Shown here piece by piece: positions 10,510 through 23,179 of a DNA stretch of 64,000 nt (the first letter of the stretch is position 1; each line of letters begins with the position of its first letter). The stretch covers positions 1 through 64,000 of the forward strand of contig CAUYUJ010000255.1 in the NCBI GenBank assembly GCA_963575745.1. Reading direction: 5' to 3'. Position numbers and translations under genes: made by a program. The notes below the pieces were generated by a model. The model searched no databases, was not told the origin of the DNA, and saw nothing but the letters and a program-made list of their open reading frames with translations. This DNA comes from Prorocentrum cordatum (Eukaryota).

Positions 10510-13500
10510 GGGCGCCGCGGGCAAACTGCTCGCCTGTGGGCAGGGCTGGCGCCAGCCATGTCCAGAGAGGGAATGCGGGAGGGGACGACGAGAAGGAGAA
10601 GGAGGAGGAGGAGGAGGAGGAGGAGAGCCACGGCCGAGGAGAGCGGGGCCAACCATCGTCGTCGTCGGCCCGCCCCTTGCCCCTCGTGGCCGCGCGCCGC
10701 GGCGGTTGCGATCGGCAGCCGCTGCAGCCGCCCGCCCGCGGAGGCGGCACCCCTCCGCGCGCCACCGAGCTGCCTGAGGCGGGGCCGAGGGCCCCAAGAC
10801 GGCCCCCCTCGGCCCCGCCACCTGCGAGGAGGCGGCGAGCGCGGACGCTTGGCCCCCGCCAGGCCGCGCTGGAGGCGGCCGCCACGCCGCGCACCGTCGG
10901 AGAGCCCGCCTGGCATCGCCGCGCCAGGCAGCAGCGTGCGGAGTCCAGGGTGCTGCTGAGGCTGCGCACCGCCGCGCAGGTGCTGACCCAGCACTACTGA
11001 GCGCAGCGGCAGCGGCATCAGCAGGAGGATGCCGAGATGGCCAGCAGGACGTGGACAGCTTGGCAAAACTGCAGCTGGAAAGAGCAGCAGGATGCCCAGT
11101 GGAAACAAAAAGTGCCATGGCGACGGCACGAGGAGAAGAGGACACCCAGCAGGAAGAGAGGACCGCGCCCGCCAAGCGCCAGGAGGAGAGAGCGATCTCA
11201 CGAACACTGCGGAAGCAAGGAAGAGGGCAAAAGAGGAGGACGCGCTGGGGGCGGAACCACCAGCTCCAGCGTCGCCAACCCCACGGAGCTGAAGAAAATC
11301 CTCGAGCAGAACCCGATGGCGACGCCGACGGCAACAAGAGCCCACGAAGCCTTCCACGAGCCGGTGGAGGGAAAGCACGTGGCGCTGCAGAAACAGACAT
11401 ATCGAGAAGAGGTTCGACGACCTCGGGCTGTTCCTGATTACGGCTAAGCAAAGTGATCGCAGCCCTCAAGTCCGCCCTTGTGAACATGCTCCCCAAGCAC
11501 AAGCGCAGGAGGGAGACGACGAAGGAAATGGAGTACATAGAACAGCATATATATACATATATATACACAGCACAGAAGGAGCATGACACGTGGAGAACAG
11601 AGCTCGACAAATGGCAAGATAGGAAGGCCCACATGAGGAACGTTGTCAGCGAGCTCACGGACACGGACGAGGGCGACACAGATGGCGACGACGAGGAGTA
11701 TTACGACAAGCCGAGGAGGACAGAAGGAAAGGAGGAATACCGTCGACGCCCATCGCCTCCCGGGGAAAGCCAAGAGGAAGAAGACACGCCAAGAAGACAG
11801 GGCAACAATATAGATGACATCGTCGAGCGCCTTTCGAAAATCACGCAGGCAATGGAGCTCCAGGCCAAAGAGCAGAAGGACGTGGAGCTGAGTATCAACG
11901 CGAAGTATAAGAGAAGCAGCCAGGGAAAGAGCCAGATGGAGGAGGCTGCGGCACGCGAGGAGGCCCTGAGACGGAGTCAGGAGGAGTCAAGTGCAGAGTC
12001 GGAGACGAGCAAGAGGATATTGCAGGCAAGGGCCGACAAGACGGCAACTTTGGCGGCAGAGGGAAGAGAGGCCAAGCTAAGGCTGGAATTCCTAGGGGTA
12101 GACGAGAGACAGATAATAATGCTCCATGAGGAACAGGCGCAATGCCAAAGACAGAGAGAGGAGATGAGAGCCCAGGCCATGATCAGGCAACAGCACGTGC
12201 ACGAAAGGCAGAGCAAAGCCGCAAACTGCGTGCGGATGCAGCAGCAAGCGCGCGAGGAGGCTCAGAAGGAGGCTGAGAGGCAGCACAAGATCAAGCAGGA
12301 AGCGCTGGTGCGAGAAGTGGCGCGAGCCAGGGCCGCGGCGTTAAGATGCGAGCAGGCAAACGCAGAACAAAGGGAAATTGCGAACCAGCGCCACAGCATG
12401 ATTGCGCAACACATGCTGGCCCAGGGTGGCTCCCAGATCGCGACGCCCCAGCCGCAGTTCGAGCAGGCCCTGGCGGCACAGAGGAACGCGTGGGAGGCAA
12501 GAAGGCTGCGAGCGCAAGCACGGAGGGACATGGAAGTGAGGGAAGCCATCGCGCAGAAGGGTAGGCAGAGGGGCGGGGCACGCGCATGTTACAAGCGCAA
12601 ACTCAAGCGTGCTAGCCGACATGCCGCGGAGGGCGCGGGCCTCATTGCAGCGCCAGACCGCGACGTCAACGCCAACATGGAGGTCGCGGAGAAAAAGAAA
12701 GAGTACGGGAGGGGGGGGGGGCGGCGCGCCAGCAGCGGACCCTGCATGGAGCCACCAGGGACGAGGGCATGCCAAGCCCCTTCTCGATCGCCGAAGGCGC
12801 ACGGTGGCAGAGCTGGGCAGCAGAGGGAAGAGGGAGGAGGTGCGCGCACCGCCCAGGGCGTGACGCTCAGGGGCGTGGCTGTTGCCCCCTTCCAATCAGC
12901 ACCCCCAGCGGACTCGCGAACGGGGGGATGAGATCGACCAGGCTATCGCGGCAGCGGTGGATGAGCAAGAGCTGCACGACGCCGAGCTGCAAAAGGCAGG
13001 ATACGAGATGCCCAGGAGGCAGGAGGAGACCGGCAGGTGGGCGTCGGTGGCACCGTCCCCCATGTCCAATTCGTGGAGTACCCCTGGCTCCGACGACATC
13101 CAAGACGCCGGCATCGAGAGGGAGCTGCAACGCCAGGAGCAGATAAGGACCGAGCAACAGGAGGATGACAGGGAGAAAGCAGAGGAGCAATACGAAACCA
13201 AGCAGAAAGAAGAAGAGGAGGCAGACAAGGCCACTGCTGCAGACATCGAGATGGTGCTGGAACATGCCGAGAAGGAGCAGGCCGAAAGAGAAGCCGTGGC
13301 GGAGAGCATCAGGAAGGGCGAAGTAGGAGACGAGACTCCAGGGGCGAGGGCGGCGGTCCGGGGCCCCTCCGCTCGCACGCGACACCCAGCAGCTGACCAA
13401 CGACAACGACCGCCCGCCCACCCAGGGTAGGGCTTGCACGCATGTCTGCGACGAAGAGACAGCTCCTCCACAGGGGCGCCGAGAATACTCCGACCCCCGT

Positions 13501-14851
13501 TTGGAGGTGCGTTTCGACCGACCGCTGCAAGCCAGACGAGCAGCGGGCCAGACGAGCATCGAGGCGGGGATTGACGAGCGCAGGCCCGACGACAACGTCA
13601 GGGAGCCCCGCTCGGGACAGCTCGGCGAACGTCGCGAAGCAATCCAACATGGCGGAGAAGAGGGCGTCTCTGCCATCGAGCTGTGTAGGGGGCCAGCGGG
13701 ACGCGCTACACGCTCGACCAGCAACTGCGGGGGTCCCCGCAGCCAGTTTTACTTGCAATACGGCTGTCACAGACCTCGACAGCGACCTCGACCACCACGC
13801 CGAGGCCATCGAGGTCGCCTCGGCGCCAGGCAGCCCGCGACGAGGGCCTTGCCAGGCCCCCGCTGCCACTGCGACGGAGGAGGAACCGCTTGGTAGGAGC
13901 ATGAGGGCCGCGCCACGAAGAGGCACAGGGGGATTTGCAGCGGGTCGAGCACTACAAACATTTTTACCGAAGCCGAGGAGGTCCCCCACGGACATCTGCC
14001 ACGGCATTCACTGCGCCGACGTCCAGTACAGAGGAGGCCCCCCATAAGAAAAGGGGCCGCCGCAGGGTGATCCGCAGCGATGCTGACGGCTTCGTGAGCA
14101 CTGTCGAGCCCTCCCTGCCGGCGGGCGCAGCAAAAGGGCTCTAGAGGAAGCACCGGAGAGAAGGGGGCAACACGAGACGAGAACGCGACCAAAGTCCTGC
14201 GGAAGCCCCGAATGCGAGGGATCACCTCCGGCTCGAGCTCGACATGTCTTGCTGGAGGCGTTAGGGCGCAACGTCCTGAGAAAGCCCCGAAGGCGCAGGA
14301 ACACCTCAGACAACCGTCGCCACGTAGAGCTGGACTTTCGAGCACCCACAAGGAGATGCACGGTGACCCACCACACACGCGGCTGAGTGCGAGCAGCATG
14401 ACGTTCGACGACGACCATCGGCCTGCACCCGACCCCTGCGACTCACAACATGCAAGTACCCACAACAACCAACACCACCACAGGCACGACCTTCAGCAGC
14501 ACCCCCCACCCCAACAGCAGCACCCAGCAACAAAAAAGACCTGGCCGCAGACTCCCTGGAAAGGGCAAGGCTCCAACTTCGAGACGGACTCGAGGGCGGG
14601 GGGGCAGGACGAAGGCTGCCTGCGCCCACCAGGGGGGGATGCTGAGGGGCAGGGGGGGGGGGGCGGCCACCGCCCGCGTCCCCGCGGCCCGCCCTTGCTC
14701 GCCACCCCAGCCACTCCCACGGCGGAGGCGGGGCTCGCCCGAACGCCGACGAGGCGGAGCACGGGACAGCTGCGACCCGGCCCACCACGAACAACAGCAA
14801 GCACAAGGCCTGAAGTTCGCCCCCACCAAAGGCAATGTGACCCCTAGCCAT

Positions 14852-14914
14852 GTCAAGGGGCCCCAGGACACACAAATACATACACACAAATAAAACATAT
14901 TCCCCTTATTTTCG

Positions 14915-14964
<50 letters not shown>

Positions 14965-15058
14965 TTATGGGTTTCTGTCTTCCCCCCCACTTCCCATACT
15001 TTCCCATATTTTCTAGGGAATCGACGAATACTTGTGTCTGTGTGTTTCTTTTCCTCCT
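14852..15058. mobile_element. ~200-bp AT-rich dispersed element flanked by a 63-bp direct duplication
   Basis: Homologous to 3121-3279 and 3396-3556; flanks 14789-14851 and 15059-15121 are near-identical direct repeats. Confidence 0.75.
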
Positions 15059-17997
15059 GAACAACAGCAAGCGCAAGGCCTGAAGTTCGCCCCCACCAAG
15101 GGCACTGTGACCCCCAGCCATAGCGGGACGAGGTGGGGCCACCGCGACTCCCACCTGAAGTCGGCGCACGGAGGCCAACCGAGTGCTACCCACAGCCAAA
15201 CACCACCAACGCCAGCAGCGCACCGACACCACGGCCAACCTCCCAACGGACCCGACCCACACCTACAACCAGACCAATCGACCAAGGCCGATAGCTCCAC
15301 CTACGGACAACACGTGCAGGGCCCCCAGAACGACCTGCGCAACAAACAGACGAGCGCGGTTCGAGGGTGCGCAGAAGGCTACCGACATTCACAACCCGGA
15401 GGATAGAGGAGATGGACCCGATCAGCAGTGCATACCGAGAACGTGCAGATGCAGGGCGCACGAGACCTTCCAAGACGCATGCAAGAGGAACCCAGCCGTA
15501 TTCGACCTCAAAACCGGCTGCGACAACACCATCGCTTCGGGACTTGCCCGGCTGGCCCTCGAACCGGCGCCGAGGGAGACGGCAGACAACGGGGAGCCCG
15601 CAGACGAGACCCACATATCCACCGACGGCTCGCACTGCGAGTCCGACCACGATCGCGATGGCTGGGCTGCTGTCGTCGTGGCATGCCGCCGGCCATGGTC
15701 GGTATCGCGCGCTGGGCTACGCGCGGGGAATGGCGACATCAGCGCCGAGCACGACTCATGGCCGCCGCTTGGAGTGCACGGTGTCTGAGCTGACTGCTAC
15801 GTCTAAGCTTACGGATACACACTCGGCAGGGGGCTCCAACAGACGACCTCCTCGATTCCCGGCGACCCCGTGCACGCCACTCGGGCCGCGCGACGGGAGG
15901 CATTCTCTACTCTCCCATTGCAAGAGATGGCAAGGTGCGTCGCCATCGCCACCCACCAAGCGCACTACGAGCAACCTGTCACGGTCAAGCACGCATAAGC
16001 GCGCGACTTCGACCCATGGAGCCATTTGGCCGACCACCTGGCCAAGACAGCGGAGTCAGACGCGCGCGGCCACAGCATGACCCACATCATGGAGTACAGG
16101 GCTGAGTGAGAATGGGCCTTCTTTTTATATGCCTCCGACGCCAAGAAGCGGCACCCCACGCTCGGTGAAGAGGGGTTCTACTACGACATGAAGCTTCAGC
16201 GGACGAGGCCCAACAGCGACAGCTACGAGGAGCTGCCAGACGCCAGCGCCAAGATAAAGGAAGCCCACATCTACTGCAAGATCGCCGCATACAACGCGAT
16301 GTCCATGGTGGAGAGGAGACGCAGGGAGTCGCAGCGAAAAGAAGTCTCACGCGACATAGAGTCCGCCCGGAAGAAAGAAAGGCTGAATATCATCAGAGGG
16401 CACTTCACAGACTGGCAGGTCTACGTAGTGGGCACGCAGGAGAAACGCGGAGTTGATAGGAAGGACTTCGCCGACGGCTTCGTACAGGACAGGACCTCGG
16501 GAGGCGAGGGCGGGCATGGACGTGGATTACTGATGCCGACGGCGATTCCGTATTAGCGTAAGAGAGAGAGACAGAGGGGGAGATCAATGGTGGGTCAATG
16601 TCGGGCACATCGATGGCAAATCGACAACAGCCGTGCCGACGCGAGCGCGCAGATCGGGAAAGAACCACACAGCCCACCGCACGCCGGAGACACGGGCCCG
16701 GGCTGACAAGACAGATGCCAACGGCAAGAGGTGGGCCAGCGCGGTGAAGGGCGCAGACACGCAGATCATCGATGCCAACTGCGCGGCGGGGCCTACGCGC
16801 GCAGCCGAGGGCTGCAGTGACAGGAGGCTCGACTACATCGCCATGCGGGACTGCTTCTCCAAGAGCGTGCAGGAGTGCTACACCAACCGAAGCATTGACA
16901 GCGGCGTGGCAGTCCAGGACCACGTCCCAGTCATCGAGGCGATGAGGCACGTCGGGACAATAAGACAGAAAGAGACGGCGCAAGATCGAGCGAAGCCAAA
17001 TTGCCGACTATGCAGCATGTGAAGCATATCAAGAGAGATTGCACATCACTACAACCACAAGGGATGAGGACGTGAACGTTCACTACCAACGAGCGGTGCA
17101 AGGCATACTCGATGCCGCCGACAATGCCTACAATGCCTATTCCACCACCGAGCTCGCCCCCAAGAAAGAATGCGCATCCTTGCCGACCATGCGATTGCTG
17201 AGAGTACGGAGACGCGTCAAACGGGAGCTACGACTATGGACGCACGGAGAAGGGGACCTCGGCAATCCGCGCCGACATCTTCCACAATGCGAAGAGCTTC
17301 TATTCCCAGAGGGGGTGCCTGCAAGAGACGCGACCCTCAGGCTCAATCTCGCGATGACAATGCTGACACAGGGCGACATCAGAATATAGGAGGCGGCAGC
17401 CGAAGCCGAGAAGTACGCTGAGACAGCAGCTGGACAAGGATAGGAAGAGGCACTTCGAGCAATATGCCGACCAGCTGGACCAGTCGATCGAGAACAGCGA
17501 CACCAGAGGCGAGTGGAGAAGCTTGCGTAAGATGATGAGATACGGTGGAGGGCGAGGCAGGAGGTGCCAGGGAGATGGCATACTTCCACACAGACTGGAC
17601 GGAGACGGCTCGAAGAGGCACAGCTACACCACTACGCGCAACTGGAAGATGCCCTCAGGAGGACCCAGGACACCGTGACCGGGGCCTACAACTCTTTCAC
17701 CGACCTGGGATCCAAGGACGTAGCAGTCAACGTCGGCGACCGACCCACCCTACTGGGCGTCGAAGTGCGCATGCGTAGAGGGAGGAGAAGCAGGGCGCGT
17801 GGGAAAGACGGCATATACAACGACCTGCTCGGGGTGGACGCCAAGTCGCACGCCAAGGAGCTGCGCCCCCTCTTCGACAAAGTCGGTCTACAGCTGCAGG
17901 AACCGCTCGGGTGGAAACACGCGGCATTTGCGGAGATACCACAGGGCAAGACGGATTCGCCAACGCTGACCCAGGTCGCTGGGACACTGCACTTCTA

Positions 17998-18173
17998 CAG
18001 TCGGGGCGTTGACCTAAGGAAACCTAAATGAGGAACGAGGCCCCTTTTTTCCATGAGTTAAACTTAGATTTCCCATCGAAAACCAAAAGAAAACCCAAGG
18101 CAAACTGTGAAGCAATCAAGGAACACGGAGCCCCTCCCCAACGAAAAGGGTTCCTTAGTCAGCGCCCCGACTT
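17998..18173. mobile_element. Tc1/mariner(pogo)-type MITE, 176 bp, inserted in the LINE RT
   Basis: TA|CAGTCGGGGCG...CGCCCCGACTT|TA termini; homologous to 51017-51192. Confidence 0.85.
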
Positions 18174-21100
18174 TACGCCCAGACGGGCGGGCGACGAGGC
18201 AGGTCCGCGGCGATGGCCGCCCGTCGCCTGCGCCTGCCGCAGGCGCTGGCCGGGCGGAGCAGGGCCGCAACGACCATGCCTTTTCGTGGGCCCCCGCGCT
18301 GCCGGCGCGAGGGCGGCGCCCGCGAGCTCTTGCACGGGGGCGCAGCAATGCCAGAAGCGCTGGGGCCACTCCTGCCAGAAGCTCTCGCGCAGCAAGGGAT
18401 CCTCGCCGTGCGCTGCGACGGCGAGCAGCTGCGAGCTCGAGCTGCGGAGGCACGCCGCCCGACCTGGCTCCAGACGAACAGTGGCGACGTGGGAGGCCCC
18501 GAGGACTGCGATTTCCCGCAGAGGCACTCGCCCTCTTCAACGTCGCTTTCGCGAAGCCCCTTCGGACGGTTGCGGGGGGGATGGCCAGCGAACAACTTAC
18601 GATCGACATCAGCGACCACGTGCCAGATTCGAGCGGCAGGACCTACTCCGAGCTGGCATGCCAAGGCGACACGCAGGACATTACACAGGCGGACGGCACG
18701 GTCTTCACTACAATACCAGAGGGCATGACAAAGACGCTTGAGAGGACACGGTGCGTGGGCGACATCGTATTTGAGCCTTCGGCTATATACGGGATGCAGC
18801 TCAATTTCGAGAAGAATGCGACGTCTGCAGACATGGCAGCCTGTGGCCGAGACGCAAGAACAAAACGAGCGCATGTATGCAGCGAGCAGGCGAAGATCAA
18901 GACAACGGTCCACGGCATCGAGATCGACATCGCCAGGGAACACCAGCACGTGGGCACAGACATCCACGCCGACGCCTCCTGGGGACCCGAGGTGCAGCAC
19001 CGCGCGCACGACCTGGCGGCAGGCACTTGCCCCCATGCGGCGAGCAATGTTCGGACAAGTCAACCCCCCTCCTCCTCCTCCTTTTCCTCCTCCTCCTCCT
19101 CCTCCTCCTCCTCCTCCTCCTTTCCCTCCTCGTCCAGCCCGCGGGGGCCTGTCACCAGCGCGCGCTGCCAAGTACGTGGACGCCCTGACGAGCTCCAAGC
19201 TGCTCCGCCAGTCAGAAGCCTGGGCGGACCTCGCGCACGCGGACGCCCAAAAGATCCTCACGGCCCACGCCAAAGGATGCAGAGCGGCTGCTGGAGCAGG
19301 ATCTGATAAGGAGGATGGGCGGCAAGCGAACGACGAGGACGCGCACGTCCAACCAGAGCGGGCAGACCTACCTGCCACGGTGTTCGCGCGACGCCTCCGA
19401 TGCTTCAGCGCCGTCGTCCACGAGGCGCCCACGAGCTCGAGGAGGCCGCTGGGCTACGGCGCTCCAGTGGGCGACGGGCGGCACGTGGAGCTCCAGACGT
19501 TGCTCGCATGGCCCGCCACGCACAACGGGGCCAACAGCACGCCCGAGAGCTCGAGCGACGACAAGGCCTGGCACCAGTGGCGCAAAAGAAACCCAAACGT
19601 CATGCCTAAAGTTGGTAAGAAGGCGTGGGGGGCTACAGAAGGTGGCGGCCGGAGTCCTGCAAGTTGAAAGCTTGGAGGAGGCAGCGGGGATATGGCGACC
19701 GCACCCGCGGTCGCAGACCACAACAGGAACCAGCCTGGCACGAAGACCGATTACATATGGCACCGGCACCATGCAGGTCCCGCAGATGACATACAAGCAG
19801 GAGGAGGAGGAAGGGGAGGAGGATCAGGAGAGAGTGGGCGAGGAGAGCAGGGACGCCTAGCTACATGCATTGGCAGCCACTCCAGGTCAGGGAGGGGGCG
19901 GCCGCCAGCTACCTAGGCCACTAGAGGGTGTACCTCTGGCCGGTATTAGGCTAGGACGTAAATGAACCCCCTGGCGGGAGCTAGCACCAAGCGTGGTGCG
20001 TTCCCTGGCCGGGGCGGGGCGGCACAGCTCAGCTGTGAGCGTGGTGCCACACGCCACCGCCCGTGACGCTAGCGCACGACGGTACCAGGCCGCAGCAGAC
20101 GGCGAGGCTGCCGGGAACTGGGCGCGGTGCGAACGTAAACCCGCTCTGGACAGGGCGGCTCAAGAGTAGGCGCGGCGAGCCAACTTGGCCGTTGCCTACG
20201 GCCGGCGAAGCCCTTTTCCTGTGACCCACTACACGGGTCGGGCGGGCGGGGAATTTCGGGCCGCAGGCCCGCCGTAGCGGCCAGGGCCGCGGCTGCCGCC
20301 CCGGCTCAAGCCTGAGCCGAAATGGCCATGGACAAGCACCGCTCGAGAGAGCGCGCGCGCGCGGGACACCAGCCCGGAGGGGGAAGCGCGGTTGTCTTCT
20401 CAACTCTTTATCTTCGCACCGCTAGCCCTGAGCGGGGAGTCCGGCCACCTAGCTGCGGCGGAATTTCGGCCACGTTCGTGGGACAGCCTCCGCCGGGGCC
20501 GGACTACAGTACATTGTGCCTGTGTCCTACCTGGGCGCAGTGACAATTCAAGGGGGCCTGCCTCCCCTACCCATCGCCCTTGAGGCTCACTACGATTGCG
20601 GGTGCTGCTTCACCTCAGTGGCATCATGGAAACGCCACAAGACGAAGCAACATCTCCCCGCCGAGGACCCGCAATACTTTGCGAGAGGGTCGACCTGCGA
20701 ATGCTGCAGGACGGGCTTCAGGCCGCGGGTAAGGTCAGTCAGGCATCTGCGACACCGAAACACAGAATGCATGGGATATTACCTGCAGGAGGTCGAGCCC
20801 ATGAAAACCAAAGAAGTCGAAAGACGCACAGGCGACCAAGAAGCTGAAAGCTAAAGGTTGGCGGGAGGACAAAGCGCTGCAGCCAGCAAAGAAGGCGGAC
20901 GGCGTGGAGCAAAGAGGGATGCCACGACGTGTCGAGAAGGCTGTCCCCCCAACGGTCACCACCGTTCAGCAGCGCCCAACGCCAACAACAACACGGCAGC
21001 CCCATAGTGCCCCCGCCACCTTGAACGGTACGCCTCGCGGATGCATCCGCGACCAAACTATATGGAGCATCGTTGCCACTCACCACCGCCATCCAGAGCT

Positions 21101-21796
21101 ACGCCAACGCAGGCAACATCGGCATGTTGAATACCGACCGCGACGACCTGGACCTGAGGCTCGGACAGTCGATCCAGAGAAGGCGTGCCTGGTACGAGGT
21201 AATGGATGCAATCTCCGCGCTGGTTGTCAGGCCCCCTTTCCGCTGCCTGGACTCCAGCAGCAGACAACGAGGCGAGCGCAGACAGAAGCACCGACTACCC
21301 CTTGGGGTAGACCTGGGCCCGGCGCCGCCGCGCAAAAGAAGGTCCCCATGGAGAGCGAGGCGTGGTGGTTAACGATGGGCCTGATGAAGATGGCTAAGGA
21401 GCAGGAGGAGGAGGAGGAGGAGGAGGAGGAGGAGGAGGGGGAGGAGGAGGAGGAGGAGGAGGAGGAGGAGGAGGAGGAGGAGGAGGAGGAGGGAGGAGGA
21501 GGAGGAGGAGGAGGAGGAGGAGGATGCCGCCAGTGGAGATCCGAGAGGCCCACGTCGCGGCGACGGCCGAGGTGAGGCGAGCGACGACAGGGTGCACGAC
21601 GACCAAGCTCGAAACCAGGAGACGCGTCGTCGCCAACGGGATCGTCATGGACGACGGCTCGGACGTACCCCTGAGGGCGGCAGGACCATCAAGGACTTGC
21701 AGTTCGGCTAGAGTCAGCCCGTATAGTCAGGATGCGCGCTGAGGATGCCTGGGCCCTGGAGGCCCACTTCGAGGCTGTTCGAGCGGGGCACGTAGA

Positions 21797-21943
21797 GGGC
21801 CACATGGGAACCCTACCCCTGCACCCCACGATTTCTGAGGGGGAAGGTGGGTTCACTTCGTTCTGGAGCTCCCGAGCGAAGTGAACCCCACCCTCCCCCC
21901 CAGAAATCGTGGGGGTGTAGGGGTAGGGTTCGCATGGTGGCCC
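21797..21943. repeat. Foldback (MITE-like) inverted repeat
   Basis: gaaccctacccctgcaccccacgatttctg...gttcacttcg pairs with cgaagtgaac...cagaaatcgtgggggtgtaggggtagggttc. Confidence 0.85.
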
Positions 21944-22733
21944 CCATAGCACGGCCAATGGGAGTGGCCCAGGCTGGACCGAGGAGGCGAGGATGCAAGG
22001 GTACCCTTGGGAACGCTGCCCGTCCTCACTATGCGGGCTGACTGCACGCTGGCCGAGGCGAGCGTGGAGGCGACCGAGGCTGCCGCCGCGCGGAGCAGGG
22101 CGACAGCGGCGCCCGCCGCCGCTGGAGCGCGGCGCCCGGCTCCCGCGGGAGAGGCCGCCGCCCGCGCCACCCCCCCGGCGAGGGAGGCGCTGCCGCCGCC
22201 GCCGCGGCAGCGCGGCGCCCGACCGCCGCGGCGCCTCCGCCTCTCCGGGCAGGGGCCCTGGGACAGGCGCAAACAAACACAGGCACAAAGCACAGGAATG
22301 CCCCAATGAGTCTCCTGTGCCGTCTGGGCTCTCGCCCTCCCCGCCGCGTCCCACATCTCTTCCCATATTTTTCCCCGGGGGTCGACGAGGAATTCTACCT
22401 GCGTGCTCTTTCCCCTCCTGATCCCCCGCCGTCGCCGGGCGAGGGAGGCGCTGCGGCCGCCGCTGCTAAAGCGCGCGGCGCCTGGCCCCCCGCGCCGCCG
22501 CCGCCGCCCCCGCCGCCGCCAGGCGGAGCGGGGCGGCTGCGGACGAGGGGGGCCACGGTCCCCCCCGGGGAGGGAAGCGGGCTTCGATGAACAGGAGCAG
22601 CAGCAGCAGCAGCGAGGCACGAGGACCGCGCCCGCGGCCGCGGCGGCGCGGCGAACAGAACGTGGACTCCGCGGGGCCTGACGCCCCCCCCCCGGAGTGG
22701 GAGAGAGAGGGGAGGAGGAGGAAGCGGAGGAGG

Positions 22734-22877
22734 AGGAGGGGAATGCAGGGCCGCTCTCATTATTTGTCAACGCTCCATCTTGTGCTGCCGACGTTGCGTC
22801 ATTGAGCGCGCAGACGAGGAGGCACGAGAGCCCCGAAAGAAAAACAGTGAGCGAACAGTAGTAGAACATTCAGACAA
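22734..22877 (-). repeat. Terminal repeat B2 (144 bp) of the DIRS element
   Basis: Identical to 23002-23145. Confidence 0.95.
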
Positions 22878-22919
22878 GCCGCGGGCTTGACGAGCCTCAG
22901 GCATTGGGCTGGCACAGGG

Positions 22920-23007
22920 AGGCGAGAAAGAGGCTTGAACCGCATTGGTTGCGGATCGGACGCCGCGGACCAGCGCCCCTCCTTCACGTGCACGCACCCC
23001 CAGGAGG
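22920..23007 (-). repeat. Internal repeat A2 (88 bp) of the DIRS element
   Basis: Identical to 29557-29644; overlaps B1 by the 6-mer aggagg (23002-23007). Confidence 0.95.
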
Positions 23008-23145
23008 GGAATGCAGGGCCGCTCTCATTATTTGTCAACGCTCCATCTTGTGCTGCCGACGTTGCGTCATTGAGCGCGCAGACGAGGAGGCACGAGAGCC
23101 CCGAAAGAAAAACAGTGAGCGAACAGTAGTAGAACATTCAGACAA
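23002..23145 (-). repeat. Internal repeat B1 (144 bp) of the DIRS element
   Basis: Identical to 22734-22877 (aggaggggaatgcagggccgctctc...gaacattcagacaa). Confidence 0.95.
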
Positions 23146-23179
23146 CCCAAACCTCCCGAACCGAAGGTAAGTGTAGTTA

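Larger units (their letters stand above)
11000..20850 (+). mobile_element. Decayed non-LTR (LINE) retrotransposon with nested insertions; boundaries approximate
   Basis: Frameshifted fragments in order: coiled-coil ORF1-like (~11040-13430); RNase H-like (STDGS 15618-15632, DPWSHLADHLAK 16011-16046); APE (VVGTQEK, IIDAN, RLDYI, QDHVPV at 16425-16932); RT (ARGKDGI, EPLGWK, LFNVAF, GMQLNFEK, QHVG at ~17780-19010); C-terminal Zn fingers (CGCCF..WKRHKTKQH, CECC..HLRH at 20590-20790). Confidence 0.75.

Noticed and set aside
9583..11679. 698-aa and 519-aa minus-strand ORFs
   Set aside because: Antisense shadows of the GC3-rich WWE gene and adjacent GC-rich sequence; no recognisable motifs.
11453..12931. 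492-aa coiled-coil ORF as an independent host gene
   Set aside because: It is flanked by frameshifted continuations and lies upstream of LINE ORF2 remnants on the same strand, so it is more likely a decayed ORF1. This assignment is uncertain.
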